A stretch of DNA of 63,416 nucleotides, the filler included, from Octopus bimaculoides (taxonomy: Eukaryota), in assembly GCF_001194135.2 (NCBI RefSeq). It is 9 parts of 8 records of this genome, joined end to end, with 100 filler letters (N's around TTAATTAATTAA, not from the genome) between each part and the next. Parts side by side here need not be neighbours in the genome. Positions count along the whole stretch, not along the records: positions 50,852 to 59,677 come from NC_068984.1; positions 59,778 to 61,353 come from NW_026380490.1; positions 61,454 to 63,416 come from NW_026351085.1; 6 more parts are not named here. One strand, 5' to 3'. The position numbers and the translations under genes were made by a program. This document shows, one piece after another, positions 50,852-62,000 of this stretch (position 1 is the stretch's first letter; every line of letters begins with the position of its first letter). The notes beneath the pieces are model-generated. The model saw only the letters and a program-made list of their open reading frames with translations, was not told the origin of the DNA and ran no database searches.

Positions 50852-51226
50852 GTTGTATGATGCTATATCCCCTTCTATTTCGTTAAATGCTTCAAGTAAC
50901 TTGTCTCTAAGTCTCTGTCCATTTGCAGGGTCTTTAAGCTTCCACACCCTTCTCCTCCAAGCCGGTCTAATTCTGGGCACCCATTTTGCCTTGATCCCAA
51001 AGTCGCTAACTACTAATCTATGTTGTGGGGTACATTCTTCGCCAGGGTAGGTTTTGGCATTTATAAGCCGCCCTCTTTCCCTATTTCTGGCGAGGATGTA
51101 GTCGATTTGGCTAGAGTGTCTGCCGGAGTGGTAGGTGACTAGGTGACTGGCAGGTTTCCTGAAGTTGGTATTGCAGACCATAATCTCAACTGTTGGTTCA
51201 AGCTTTATCCTTGTGAACTCAAGCAA
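50852..51226 (-). mobile_element. RTE-clade LINE, AP-endonuclease C-terminal fragment
   Basis: NTNFRKPASHLVTYHSGRHSSQIDYIL...EECTPQHRLVVSDF...VWKLKD. Confidence 0.9.
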
Positions 51227-51423
51227 AATAGACTACACCACTCACCAAAACCCTGGCCAGCTACAAATTTTATACTAGACTAGACACATTATCTAATAGA
51301 GTCGCTGGCATTAAGAACAAGTATTGCTTAGTTTATCCAACTTACACTATGGGGAAGATAGAAATAAGAAAATAAACAAAGTAAATAAAATAAACCAACA
51401 AATTTCTATGTGGAGACACTTAC

Positions 51424-51593
51424 TCGTCCTCGACTAGTGCCTCTCTTCTTTTCCCAGTCACTGCCTGAATCATCATCATCCCAAGCAATAAAATCTTCAT
51501 CGTTTTCATCATCATCATCATCTTCTTTATATGTCCTGCGCCGATATCTTAGATCATCATCACTGTATTCATCTCCAATAACGAAGTCATCAA
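51424..51593 (-). CDS. Unidentified AT-hook/acidic protein, exon D (170 nt)
   Basis: ttttatttcag|TT...CGA|gtaagt; (V)DDFVIGDEYSDDDLRYRRRTYKEDDDDDENDEDFIAWDDDDSGSDWEKKRGTSRGR; phase 1 start fits exon C. Confidence 0.88.
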
Positions 51594-53100
51594 CTGAAAT
51601 AAAAAATAAATTGTAAAAGGCAATGGTAATGCAATAATAGTGTAGGACTGTTGTTGCTATTTTGGGTGAAGATAAACAAGTCTTCCATAGATAGAGTTGA
51701 AGTCAGAAGTCTTGGCATATAAGATGCATTTTTTCCAAAAAGAGTCTCCAAATATCACCCTGGGACCTATATGTGAACTTGGACCTCCCATAAGCTTTAA
51801 TGCACTACAAATTATTTTCTTGAATATACACTGCTGAAATCAGAGTGCATTTCTGATGCCCATGCATCTTTTATGGCATCGAATAATTGGAATCAATACT
51901 ATTTTAATACAAAGGATCTAAGATTTTAATTTCATCATCAATTTACCTTTTCATATCCACAATCTCTAGCGGGAGCAAAGGCTACTGGAACCCTGCCACA
52001 ATACACTACAACATCATCCCTAAAACATTATTTTCCTCATCCAATCTTGAGAAACACAAACAACATATAAACATAAAAACAGCTACAATATAAATAGCCT
52101 AACTCTCCTGAATCACCATGAAAGGGAAAGATACCACCAGAAACAAGTACAAGAGACTGTGCTCTGACCATGTTGGCTCCTGCTACCACTGTGCTCACCA
52201 CCAGACAGACAAAAATAGACTACAATGTGAAGGAAACATGTCCAGACTGCTACACTGCATTCTACAAAATATACTGCTTCACATGAGAATATATAGTTTA
52301 AAGCTTAGCTACATAAAAATATGCCATGTCTGACTGACTACCTTGAGCAAGGGTTGTGGGATAGAGGCTGCTACACAACAACTATCTGAATACAACAACA
52401 TCCAAATCTGTTATTTTATACACTTCATATATCTTTCATTACTTTGATGAGGAACCTGATCAACTCAGTTATTTTGGCGCCTTAAGACGATCTGAAACAC
52501 AAATGTTTCTGTTTACTTTGGTGAACTGAAATACCCACAGAACATACTTAGCTAGACTCGAGCATTGAGATCGAAGTATTTCAACCATTAACATACTACA
52601 GAGATGCTGACAGAATTCAAACCACTAAACAGCACAACTATACACACACACGCACACTAACATGATGAAGATTCCTGGTAGTCCTGTAGACAAAACATTT
52701 ACTTCTATAAATAACTATTATATATCAACAGATACAAATGGAACCAATTTACCAATTATATAGCCTGTCAACTATCTTACTTTCTTTTCTGGTCATTATT
52801 GTTAAACCACAAATCAATGATCAAAGGCAATCCAGTTTTGACCACCTCAATTTTTTTACCAGTGTGTAAGACTGATATAGTCTAATATAGTCTTAATTAG
52901 GATTGTAAATGTGTGGCTTAAGAGAAATTCAGCTGCCATTTCTAGCAGGTTGAATGACAGCATAGAGGCTCCGTTGTTTGCTCATCTCGCATACATGAGG
53001 CTCTTCACATACACACACACTATGCTCAAACAACAATAAAGACTGTTCAGATACTTCAATATTTGGTGTTTTCAGTTCTTTAAAAGCAAACTAGATTTAC

Positions 53101-53289
53101 CATAACTGTTTCTCTTTGCTGCAGCTGCTCTTGATGGCCGTCGAGCAGGTGGAGATGATTCACTACTCCCAGCTTCTTCTACCTCTGCTTTCGCTGCACG
53201 CCTCCGTCTCTTTGGCGTTTTCACCTCATCTATATCCTCATCAGACTCTACATATTTTGGCTTGTTTTTCTTTGGAGGTCGACCACGTC
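53101..53289 (-). CDS. Unidentified AT-hook/acidic protein, exon C (189 nt)
   Basis: ctgactcag|GA...TAT G|gtaaat; (G)RGRPPKKNKPKYVESDEDIDEVKTPKRRRRAAKAEVEEAGSSESSPPARRPSRAAAAKRNSY; contains an AT-hook (RGRPPK). Confidence 0.88.
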
Positions 53290-54027
53290 CTGAGTCAGAA
53301 CAAAAACAAATAGATACACATATTTAAATTTGTTATTGCTTATAATGTTTTACTTCAAGTAAAACCCTGACTAAACAGATCTACGTTCAAAGATATTACA
53401 GCCATGATGTCAGAATGAGTGTGATGGTTTTGGTTGGAACAGATTTTTTTTTTTTTTGGAAGTGGGGTGGGATATTTCTAACAGCTGGACATCTATCCTA
53501 CTGTTAACTACTCAACTATGAAACCTATTATATGCTCAAACGAATTAACTGGAGAAAACAGAGTTATGTACCTTGCTCGAAGTCACAACACAGTTACGTT
53601 AGGATTCCTGATCAAGTCCAGCGCCTTAACCAAACAATGGGCCTTGCAATTTTTTTTTTTTTCTTTTAAATATAGTATTTCTAAAAGTGGATGGTTTACA
53701 CATCATACATAAGTAATAGAATTCAAACAATAACAGAATTTATACATTAAGAATGACATTCTGCTGGACAGTAACACAGATGTTAGACCTGTTGAAACAT
53801 AAGTAATTGGCAGTAGAATGCTTTCATTAGTTTCTCAATAAAAAGGTTACCCATCAGTGTAATATGACAGTTTTTGTTTTTGTTATCCCACCTGTTGCTT
53901 GTCTGAGGTGAAGCATGTCGAAGGAAACATGTATTGAGAGTCTAGAGAGTCTACATTGGAGTCTAGAGGAGAAAATACTTATTGGACATTACTTCCATTG
54001 CTCACAATGAGGAGTTGTACAAAAGTA

Positions 54028-54408
54028 CGAGGGGGTGCTGAAAAGTTCCTGACTTAAAGAAAAATATAGGCAGATCAGTTAATTATGATTTTATTCAACA
54101 TATTCCCACTCTTGGAGTGGTTGGCATTAGGAAGGGCATCCAGCTGTAGAAACTCTGTCAGATCAGATTGGAGCCTGGTGCAGCCTTCTGGCTTGCCAGT
54201 CCTCAGTCAAATCGTCCAACCCATGCTAGCATGGAAAGTGGACATTAAACGATGATGATGATGATGATGATTCCCCCTCTCAGATTCACACACTGATTGC
54301 AGTGGCCCTTCAGTTTTTCTAAGCCCTGTAAAAGAACTCAGAAGGTTGGACCTCCAACCAAACCTTTTGCAATGACCTTAAAACCAGGAACTTTTCAGCA
54401 CCTCCTTG
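54028..54408 (-). mobile_element. Internally deleted mariner MITE interrupted by an RTE tail
   Basis: TA|CGAGGGGGTGCTGAAAAGTTCCTG ... CAGGAACTTTTCAGCACCTCCTTG|TA; the minus strand encodes the mariner C-terminus WLEVQPSEFF...EKLKGHCNQCVNLRGEYVE*. Confidence 0.85.
54112..54269 (+). mobile_element. 5'-truncated RTE 3' tail insertion with a ~10-bp TSD
   Basis: Flanked by ATTCCCACTC (54102-54111) and ATTCCCCCTC (54270-54279); ends in (GAT)n. Confidence 0.85.
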
Positions 54409-54860
54409 TATTTATAGCTAGATAGGGTCAGCCAGCATGAGCAAAGCAAGTGATTTTAGTAATAAATAATACACAGTGCCAGTGCTGACATGTAAAATGT
54501 TTACACTTATGGCTTGTCAAAAAACATCCTGCTATATCAGTCAGCTCAACTTATTTCTATTTTATATAAATTTCATGAAGCGTTATCAAAGATATTATGA
54601 GATAAACAGGAAGTCACATGTCACTGCTATAGTTTCCTCCTTTTGGAATCGACATCTCCTGTGAATTACAGAGTCAATGTTCAAAACTCACTGAGCTACT
54701 AGGACAACACTAAAAACTTCCTCTTCATGTAGTGTTTCAAAAGATACATTGAAATGGTTTCACACTGGCTTCTCCAAACCCACTGAAGGTTTTCAGCCAG
54801 CAATTCAAGTTAACAACCAAAACACTCATCAATCATACAATCCCCTTGATGCATGCAGAT

Positions 54861-55326
54861 GGTTCCAGTTGATGCAATCAATGGAACAGCCTGCTTGTGA
54901 AATTAACAAGCGAGTGGTTGAGTACTCCACAGACACACGTACCCTTAATGTAGTTCCCAGGGAGATTCAGTGTGACACAGAATGTGTCACACTTTTACCA
55001 GCTGGAGCAACATGAAATAAAGTGTCTTGCTCAAGGACACAACATGCCACCAGAAATCAAATTCATGCCCTTACAACTGAATACCCCAACCTCTAAATCA
55101 CATGTGACTTACTGGATATGGCTGACTTTATTTCACGTTGCTCCAGTCCACTCAGCTGGCAAAAATGAGTTGTACCTGTATTTCAAAGGGCCAGCCTTGT
55201 CACACCTGTGTCATGCTGAATCTCCCTGAGAACTATGTTACGGGTATGTGTGTCTGCAGAGTGCTCAGCTTCTTGCAAATTCATTTCACAAGCAGGCTGT
55301 TCCATTGATTAAACCAACTGGAACTC
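54861..55326. mobile_element. Two SINE-D-related copies arranged head-to-head
   Basis: 54861-55075 (-) and 55125-55326 (+) share GTTCCAGTTG...GGAACAGCCTGCTTGTGAAAT...GGAGATTCAG...CTGGAGCAAC-TGAAATAAAG. Confidence 0.75.
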
Positions 55327-55516
55327 TCATTATTGTAACCATTGGAAAGCCAGTTTCTTTTCTTTCTCTCTTTTTTGCTTTTGCCTTTTTTGATACAAGC
55401 AACAAAGGACTGTCATCTCTTCACAACAATAATTTATAGTATTTACATTATTTACATTTGACGGATATTTGTCCTCATCAAGTTTCAGTGATTAAAGACA
55501 ATAAAAGATAACAAAC

Positions 55517-55688
55517 CTCCACTTCGTGTGTTTGCCTTTTGTGGTTTTTCTTTCTGTTCAGGTGTTTCTGTGGTAGGTGTCTCACTTGTGTTATCTGCTG
55601 CTTCAGAAAGTTTTCGTTTTTTGGAGTTGGCAGCATCAGATGATTCTTTCTTGGTGTCTTCTTTGGATGTCGGGCTGGCTTTTTCTTC
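55517..55688 (-). CDS. Unidentified AT-hook/acidic protein, exon B (172 nt)
   Basis: tgtgtttcag|GAA...GGA G|gtttgt; EEKASPTSKEDTKKESSDAANSKKRKLSEAADNTSETPTTETPEQKEKPQKANTRSG; contains the NLS-like KKRK. Confidence 0.85.
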
Positions 55689-55739
55689 CTGAAACACACA
55701 CAAAATGGTATAATGTCATGGTGTCATGGTTACAGTACA

Positions 55740-55982
55740 GGAAGAATATTCATCATCACGAACAAGTGAATTTTGGAAGAGGAGCCTTGCAAGTCTACTA
55801 GATAAATGGAAGAGCATTGTCTACCAGATAAATAGAAGAGCATTGTCTACCAGATAGATGGAAGAGCATTGTAGAAAATGAAGGAGAGTACATTTTAGAT
55901 TAAAAAAGAACTTTGCTTATCTTAATTTTGAAAAATAAAAGAAGTATAACAAAAACCGCATTATTTAAGGGATGACCCAATA
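55740..55982 (+). mobile_element. Mariner 3' end with an internal 26-bp triplication
   Basis: SEFWKRSLASL...PDRWKSIVENEGEYILD* followed by a TIR-like end GGATGACCCAATA. Confidence 0.8.
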
Positions 55983-56081
55983 CTTTGGGTTAAAAAAGTT
56001 CTCCAACCCCTGCTCTAAAGTCAAGCTGTCTTTGATGAAACACATCTTAGGGTGATGAAAAAAAAAGAAAAAAAGTTCATA

Positions 56082-56473
56082 GGCGCAGGAGTGGCTGTGT
56101 GGTAAGTAGCTTGCTTACCGACCACATGGTTCCGGGTTCAGTCCCACTGCGTGGCACCTTGGGTGTCTTCTACTATAGGGCCGACCAAAGCCTTGTGAGT
56201 GGATTTGGTAGACAGAAACTGAAAGAAGCTCGTCATGTATATGTATGTGTGTGTGTATGTTTGTATGTCTGTGTTTGTCCCCCCAACATCGCTTGACAAC
56301 CGATGGTAGTGTGTTTATGTCCCTGTAACTTAGCAGTTCGGCAAAAGAGACCGATAGAATAAGTACTAGGCTTCCAAAGAATAAGCCCTGCGGTCGATTA
56401 GCTCGACTAAAGGCGGTGCTCCAGCATGGCCACAGTCAAATGACTGAAACAAGTAAAAGAGTAAAAGAGTAGA
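56082..56473 (+). mobile_element. SINE family A, full length
   Basis: GGCGCAGGAGTGGCTGTGTGGTAAG head through to the GAAACAAGTAAAAGAGT tail. Confidence 0.9.
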
Positions 56474-56491
56474 CAGGAAAATAATACACAC

Positions 56492-56565
56492 CTGTTTTAC
56501 TGCTGTATTACTGTTGTCTTTAGTTGCTGCAGCTTCAGGTGATGTCTCTTTGGAAGCTTCTGTAG
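56492..56565 (-). CDS. Unidentified AT-hook/acidic protein, exon A (74 nt)
   Basis: ttttctttgtag|CT...CAG|gtgtgt; TEASKETSPEAAATKDNSNTAVKQ; phase 0 end fits exon B. Confidence 0.75.
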
Positions 56566-56699
56566 CTACAAAGAAAAAAAAAACATTGACTTTAATAACA
56601 GTAAACCAATATGATACAAGATAAATCTGGTGTAAAGGCAGTGGAAATAAATACGACAATGGTGTGGAAGATGAATAAATTATAAAATGTTTTGCAAGG

Positions 56700-56930
56700 T
56701 GCGTATATATGTTTGTGTGTCTGTGTTTGTCCCCACCAGCATCACTTGACAACTGATGGTGGTGTGTTTACACCCCCGTAACTTAGCGGTCCGGCAAAAG
56801 AGACCGATAGAATAAGTACTAGGCTTACAAAGAATAAGTCCTGGGGGTCGATTTGCTCGACTAAAGGCAGTGCTCCAGCATGGCCACAGTCAAATGACTG
56901 AAACAAGTAAAAGAGTAAAACAGAGAGTAA
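56700..56930 (+). mobile_element. SINE family A, 3' half
   Basis: Near-identical to 56265-56470. Confidence 0.85.
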
Positions 56931-57269
56931 AGTGCAAGTGCTGCTTGTCTGATATCAAATAGTTCTGAATTTAGAGATTGGTATGAGAAGCTGATAAAAA
57001 GCTAAACAAATGTGTACATGAGAAATTTTAAGCAACACACCACAGAACAGTTAAATTTAAAACACTGTATAAAAGAATGTATATATTCAGACATACATGT
57101 TCTCTCTAGAGATTATAATCTCAAAATTATTTTAGATCAAGGTTAAATGTTTAATTACAAATTACTAATGCTGAGCAACAGAAAACAAATTTATATTTAA
57201 GTGAAAGAGAGAGGAATGAATGAGCAAACATTCAAAAGTGTGGTGACACTATGAAATTTGTTGTTGGCA

Positions 57270-57370
57270 CTGCGTCGCTTACGACGTTGAGGGTTCCAGT
57301 TGATCCGATCAATGGAACAGCCTGCTCGTGAAATTAACGTGCAAGTGGCTGAGCACTCCACAGACACGTT
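57270..57370 (-). mobile_element. SINE-D-related 3' fragment
   Basis: GTTGGCACTGCGTCGCTTACGACGTTGAGGGTTCCAGTTGATCCG, the same family as 54861. Confidence 0.7.
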
Positions 57371-57532
57371 TGTACATCTGAGCTGAATTTATATTATATA
57401 TTGCTTTGACTCCAGTCATAAGGATTAAATATGACATTTTCACAATTTCACAGTTGTCATAAAGAATGTCTCTTGCAATTTATTGGATTGCTGGAGATAC
57501 TGTGGGCAATTGATTACATCTTTTTGAAGCAA

Positions 57533-57870
57533 GGCAGGTGTGGTTGTGCGGTAAGAAACTTGCTATGCATCCACATGGTTTAGGGTTCAGTCCCATTGCA
57601 CGGCACCTTGGGCAAGTGTCTGCTACTATAACCTTACGTCAACTAAAGCCTTGTGAGTGGATTTGGTAGGCACAAATGTGTGTGTCTTTATGTCAGTGTT
57701 GATGTGGTTATGTTTGGCAAGAGAGACTGATAGAATAAGTACCAGGCTTAACAAAAATAAGTATTAGGGTTGATTAATTAATTAATTCAACTAAAAGTTC
57801 TTCGAGGTGATGCACCAGCATGGCTGCAGTCTAATGGGTGAAACAAGTAAAAAGTATAAGATAAAAGACA
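57533..57870 (+). mobile_element. SINE family A, diverged
   Basis: Head and tail motifs present. Confidence 0.75.
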
Positions 57871-58165
57871 GTTGGTCAAAGCTCATCACAAAGCAAGCTA
57901 TATTGAATGATTTACGACAGTATGTAGTTAATGAAATATCCCTCACTTATAGAATGCAACCTACTATTTCTGGCAGTGAATTGTACCTTACTATGATCCC
58001 CATACATTTAAATGGACTGCATTCTCAAAGAGTATTTACTAGAGACAGACATCAAGAAGCCAGCATTCTTAATATAGTCATCTGTGGCTTTCACTTATGA
58101 GGTACAAACATTGAAATAGAACTTACAAATAGTGCTGATATTATAATAATAATAATAATAATAAT

Positions 58166-58414
58166 CATCATCATCATCATCATTTAACGTCCGCTTTCCA
58201 TGCTAGCATGGGTTGGACGATATGACGAAGGACTGGTGAAACCGGATGGCAACACCAGGCTCCAATCTAAATTTGGCAGAGTTTCTACAGCTGGATGCCC
58301 TTCCTAACGCCAACCACTCAGAGAGTGTAGTAGGTGCTTTTACGTGTCACCTGCACGAAGACCAGTCAGGCGATACTGGCAACGGCCATGCTCGAAATGG
58401 TGTCTTTTATGTGC
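58166..58414 (-). mobile_element. RTE LINE 3' tail, running into a gap
   Basis: Same 3' UTR family as 3777. Confidence 0.85.
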
Positions 58415-59777
58415 CNNNNNNNNNNNNNNNNNNNNNNNNNNNNNNNNNNNNNNNNNNNNNNNNNNNNNNNNNNNNNNNNNNNNNNNNNNNNNNNNNNNNN
58501 NNNNNNNNNNNNNNNNNNNNNNNNNNNNNNNNNNNNNNNNNNNNNNNNNNNNNNNNNNNNNNNNNNNNNNNNNNNNNNNNNNNNNNNNNNNNNNNNNNNN
58601 NNNNNNNNNNNNNNNNNNNNNNNNNNNNNNNNNNNNNNNNNNNNNNNNNNNNNNNNNNNNNNNNNNNNNNNNNNNNNNNNNNNNNNNNNNNNNNNNNNNN
58701 NNNNNNNNNNNNNNNNNNNNNNNNNNNNNNNNNNNNNNNNNNNNNNNNNNNNNNNNNNNNNNNNNNNNNNNNNNNNNNNNNNNNNNNNNNNNNNNNNNNN
58801 NNNNNNNNNNNNNNNNNNNNNNNNNNNNNNNNNNNNNNNNNNNNNNNNNNNNNNNNNNNNNNNNNNNNNNNNNNNNNNNNNNNNNNNNNNNNNNNNNNNN
58901 NNNNNNNNNNNNNNNNNNNNNNNNNNNNNNNNNNNNNNNNNNNNNNNNNNNNNNNNNNNNNNNNNNNNNNNNNNNNNNNNNNNNNNNNNNNNNNNNNNNN
59001 NNNNNNNNNNNNNNNNNNNNNNNNNNNNNNNNNNNNNNNNNNNNNNNNNNNNNNNNNNNNNNNNNNNNNNNNNNNNNNNNNNNNNNNNNNNNNNNNNNNN
59101 NNNNNNNNNNNNNNNNNNNNNNNNNNNNNNNNNNNNNNNNNNNNNNNNNNNNNNNNNNNNNNNNNNNNNNNNNNNNNNNNNNNNNNNNNNNNNNNNNNNN
59201 NNNNNNNNNNNNNNNNNNNNNNNNNNTAAGTAAACTCAGACAAAGCAGAATTATGTGTTACTCAACAGTAGGTTATGAACAGAACCACAATTTCTGTAGA
59301 CCAATATCTACCACAATGTCAGAAAAAAAACAAAAAAAACCCTGAAACAAATGCCACCACTACCACCATCACTATTTGACTATTTAGAAATAATGTGCAG
59401 CTAAAGTGCTTAACAAACAAGTTTCATTAGATTATAATGACAATTGCAATCACAATAATAACAGCATAAATGACAGCTCATACCTAATGGCCATAAAGTC
59501 AGGCTGACTTTACCTACAGCACTATAGACATCCATTGCAAACGTCAAACAAAACAAGCTGACACAATATTCCTGTGATTGTCACATCCTAAACTAAACTA
59601 ATAAACAAAAAAACAAAAAAAACATTGTTTTCATAAACTGAGTTGAAAAAAGAGACTGACTTGAGTTTGTTGACATGNNNNNNNNNNNNNNNNNNNNNNN
59701 NNNNNNNNNNNNNNNNNNNNNTTAATTAATTAANNNNNNNNNNNNNNNNNNNNNNNNNNNNNNNNNNNNNNNNNNNN

Positions 59778-60260
59778 CCTCATCCCAGGTCTTCCTGGGT
59801 CTACCTCTTCCACAGGTTCCATCAACTGCTAGGGTGTGGCACATTTTCCACACAGCTATCCTCATCCATTCTCACCACATGACCATACCAGCGCAATCGT
59901 CTCTCTTGCACACCACAACTGATGCTTTTTAGGTCCAACTTTCCTCTCAAGGTACTTACACTCTGTCGAGTATGCACACTGACATTACATATCCATCGGA
60001 GCATACTGGCTTCATTCCTTGCAAACTTACGCATGTGTCGTCAGCAGTCACTGCCATGTAGCATGGCTGTTCGTACACATGCGTCATACAGTCTGCCTTT
60101 TACTCTGAGCAAGAGGCCCTTTGTCACCATCAGAGGTAAGAGCTCTCTGAACTTTGCCCAAACTATTCTTATTCTAGCAGCTACACTTTCAGCGCACCCT
60201 CCCCCGCAACTGACTTGGTCCCCTAGGTAACGGAAGCTATCAACTACTTCTAGTGTCATT
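59778..60260 (-). mobile_element. RTE LINE RT C-terminal fragment
   Basis: LEVVDSFRYLGD...RIRIVWAKFRELLP...MLHGS; ERRLRWYGHVVRMDED; RGRPRKTWDE. Confidence 0.9.
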
Positions 60261-60450
60261 CATTTCCAATATGTTGCAAAAACTTGTCTGGCCATTTAGA
60301 AACAGGTGAGGATTGGCAACAGAAAGGGCATCTGGCCATAACAAACCTGCTTCAATAACTCCGTCCAACTCTACACAAGCATAAAAAAGTGGACATTAAA
60401 ATGATGACATATAAGCCAGTTCTAATAGTGAAACTTCATAGTAAAGAGTT

Positions 60451-60830
60451 ACTCTTTTACTTGTGTCAGTCATTTGACTGCAGCTATGCTGGAGCACCAC
60501 CTTTATAGTCGAGCAAATCAACCCCAGAGCTTATTCTTTGTAAGCCTAGTACTTATACTATCGGTCTCTTTTGCCAAACCGCTAAGTTATGGGGACGTAA
60601 ACACACCAGCATTGGTTGTCAAGCAATGCTGGGGGGACAGACACACAAACACACACATATATATATATATATACATATACGACAGGCTTCTTCCAGTTTC
60701 CGTCTACCAAATCCACTCACAACGCTTTGGTCGGCCCAAGGCTCTAGCAGAAAACACTTGTCCAAGGTGTCACACAGTGGGACTGAACCCGGGGCCATGT
60801 GGTTGGTAAGCAAGCTACTTACCACACACC
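60451..60830 (-). mobile_element. SINE family A, full length
   Basis: Reverse complement of the 56082 copy. Confidence 0.88.
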
Positions 60831-61588
60831 CACTAAGAATAAAATTAAATATTTCGACACTACAGATAGTATGAGACTTGTGATTGCTTGTGTATGTGCC
60901 AATTGTACAAACCTATTAAATAAGTGTGCATGTGTGTGAGTATATATATATATATATATTGTGTATATATGTCCCATCTTCTCCATTAAGAGTAAGGACC
61001 CAAATATCCTAACAGCTAGCAAGTTCAAGGACCCAGTTTTTCAATACTTTGTTAAAAAAAACCTCAGAGATTTACAACACGTAGAACTTTGTTCAAACAC
61101 CACCAGGACAAATTTTTATCTGAGATATCACAGCAAGAACTGTAAATAAGAGCAGTCCTACCCAACTGATTCGCCAGAACCAAGCACGCTGGGAGAGCTG
61201 TGAAACTGACGTGAAATTAACTCACAATTATCACACTAATTGTGATGCTAAAGCAGGGGCCACACCCTCTAGTTGCAACAAGCAAAAGAAAGAAGTATAT
61301 TACAGGAATATATATCATCATCATTTTATACATACATGCACACATAAATACATNNNNNNNNNNNNNNNNNNNNNNNNNNNNNNNNNNNNNNNNNNNNTTA
61401 ATTAATTAANNNNNNNNNNNNNNNNNNNNNNNNNNNNNNNNNNNNNNNNNNNNTATATGTATACATTTACATATATATAAATATGTATACATATATATAC
61501 ATATGTATACATATACATATATATAAATATATACATATACATATATATAAATATGTATACATTTACATATATATATAAATATACATTA

Positions 61589-62000
61589 ATCATCATCATT
61601 GTTTAACTTCCGCTTTCCATGCTAGCATGGGTTGGACAATTTGACTGAGGACTGGTGAATCAGATGGCTACACCAGGCTCCAATCTGATTTGGCAGAGTT
61701 TCTATGGCTGGATGCCCTTCCTAACGCCAACCANNNNNNNNNNAGAGTTTCTATGGCTGGATGCCCTTCCTAACGCCAACCACTCTGAGAGTGTAGTGGA
61801 TGCTTTTATGTGCCACCGGCACGAAGGCCAGTCAGGTGGTACTGGCAACGGCCACGCTCCAAAATGGTGTATTTTCTGTGCCACCTGCACAGGAGCCACT
61901 CCAGCGGCACTGGCAATGATCTTGCTCGAATGTCTTTACACATGCCACCGACACAAGTGCCAGGAAGGCGACGCTGGGCACAGTTGCCATCATGATTTCG
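61589..62000 (-). mobile_element. RTE LINE 3' UTR
   Basis: Same tail family; contains a short duplicated piece around a 10-N gap. Confidence 0.8.
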
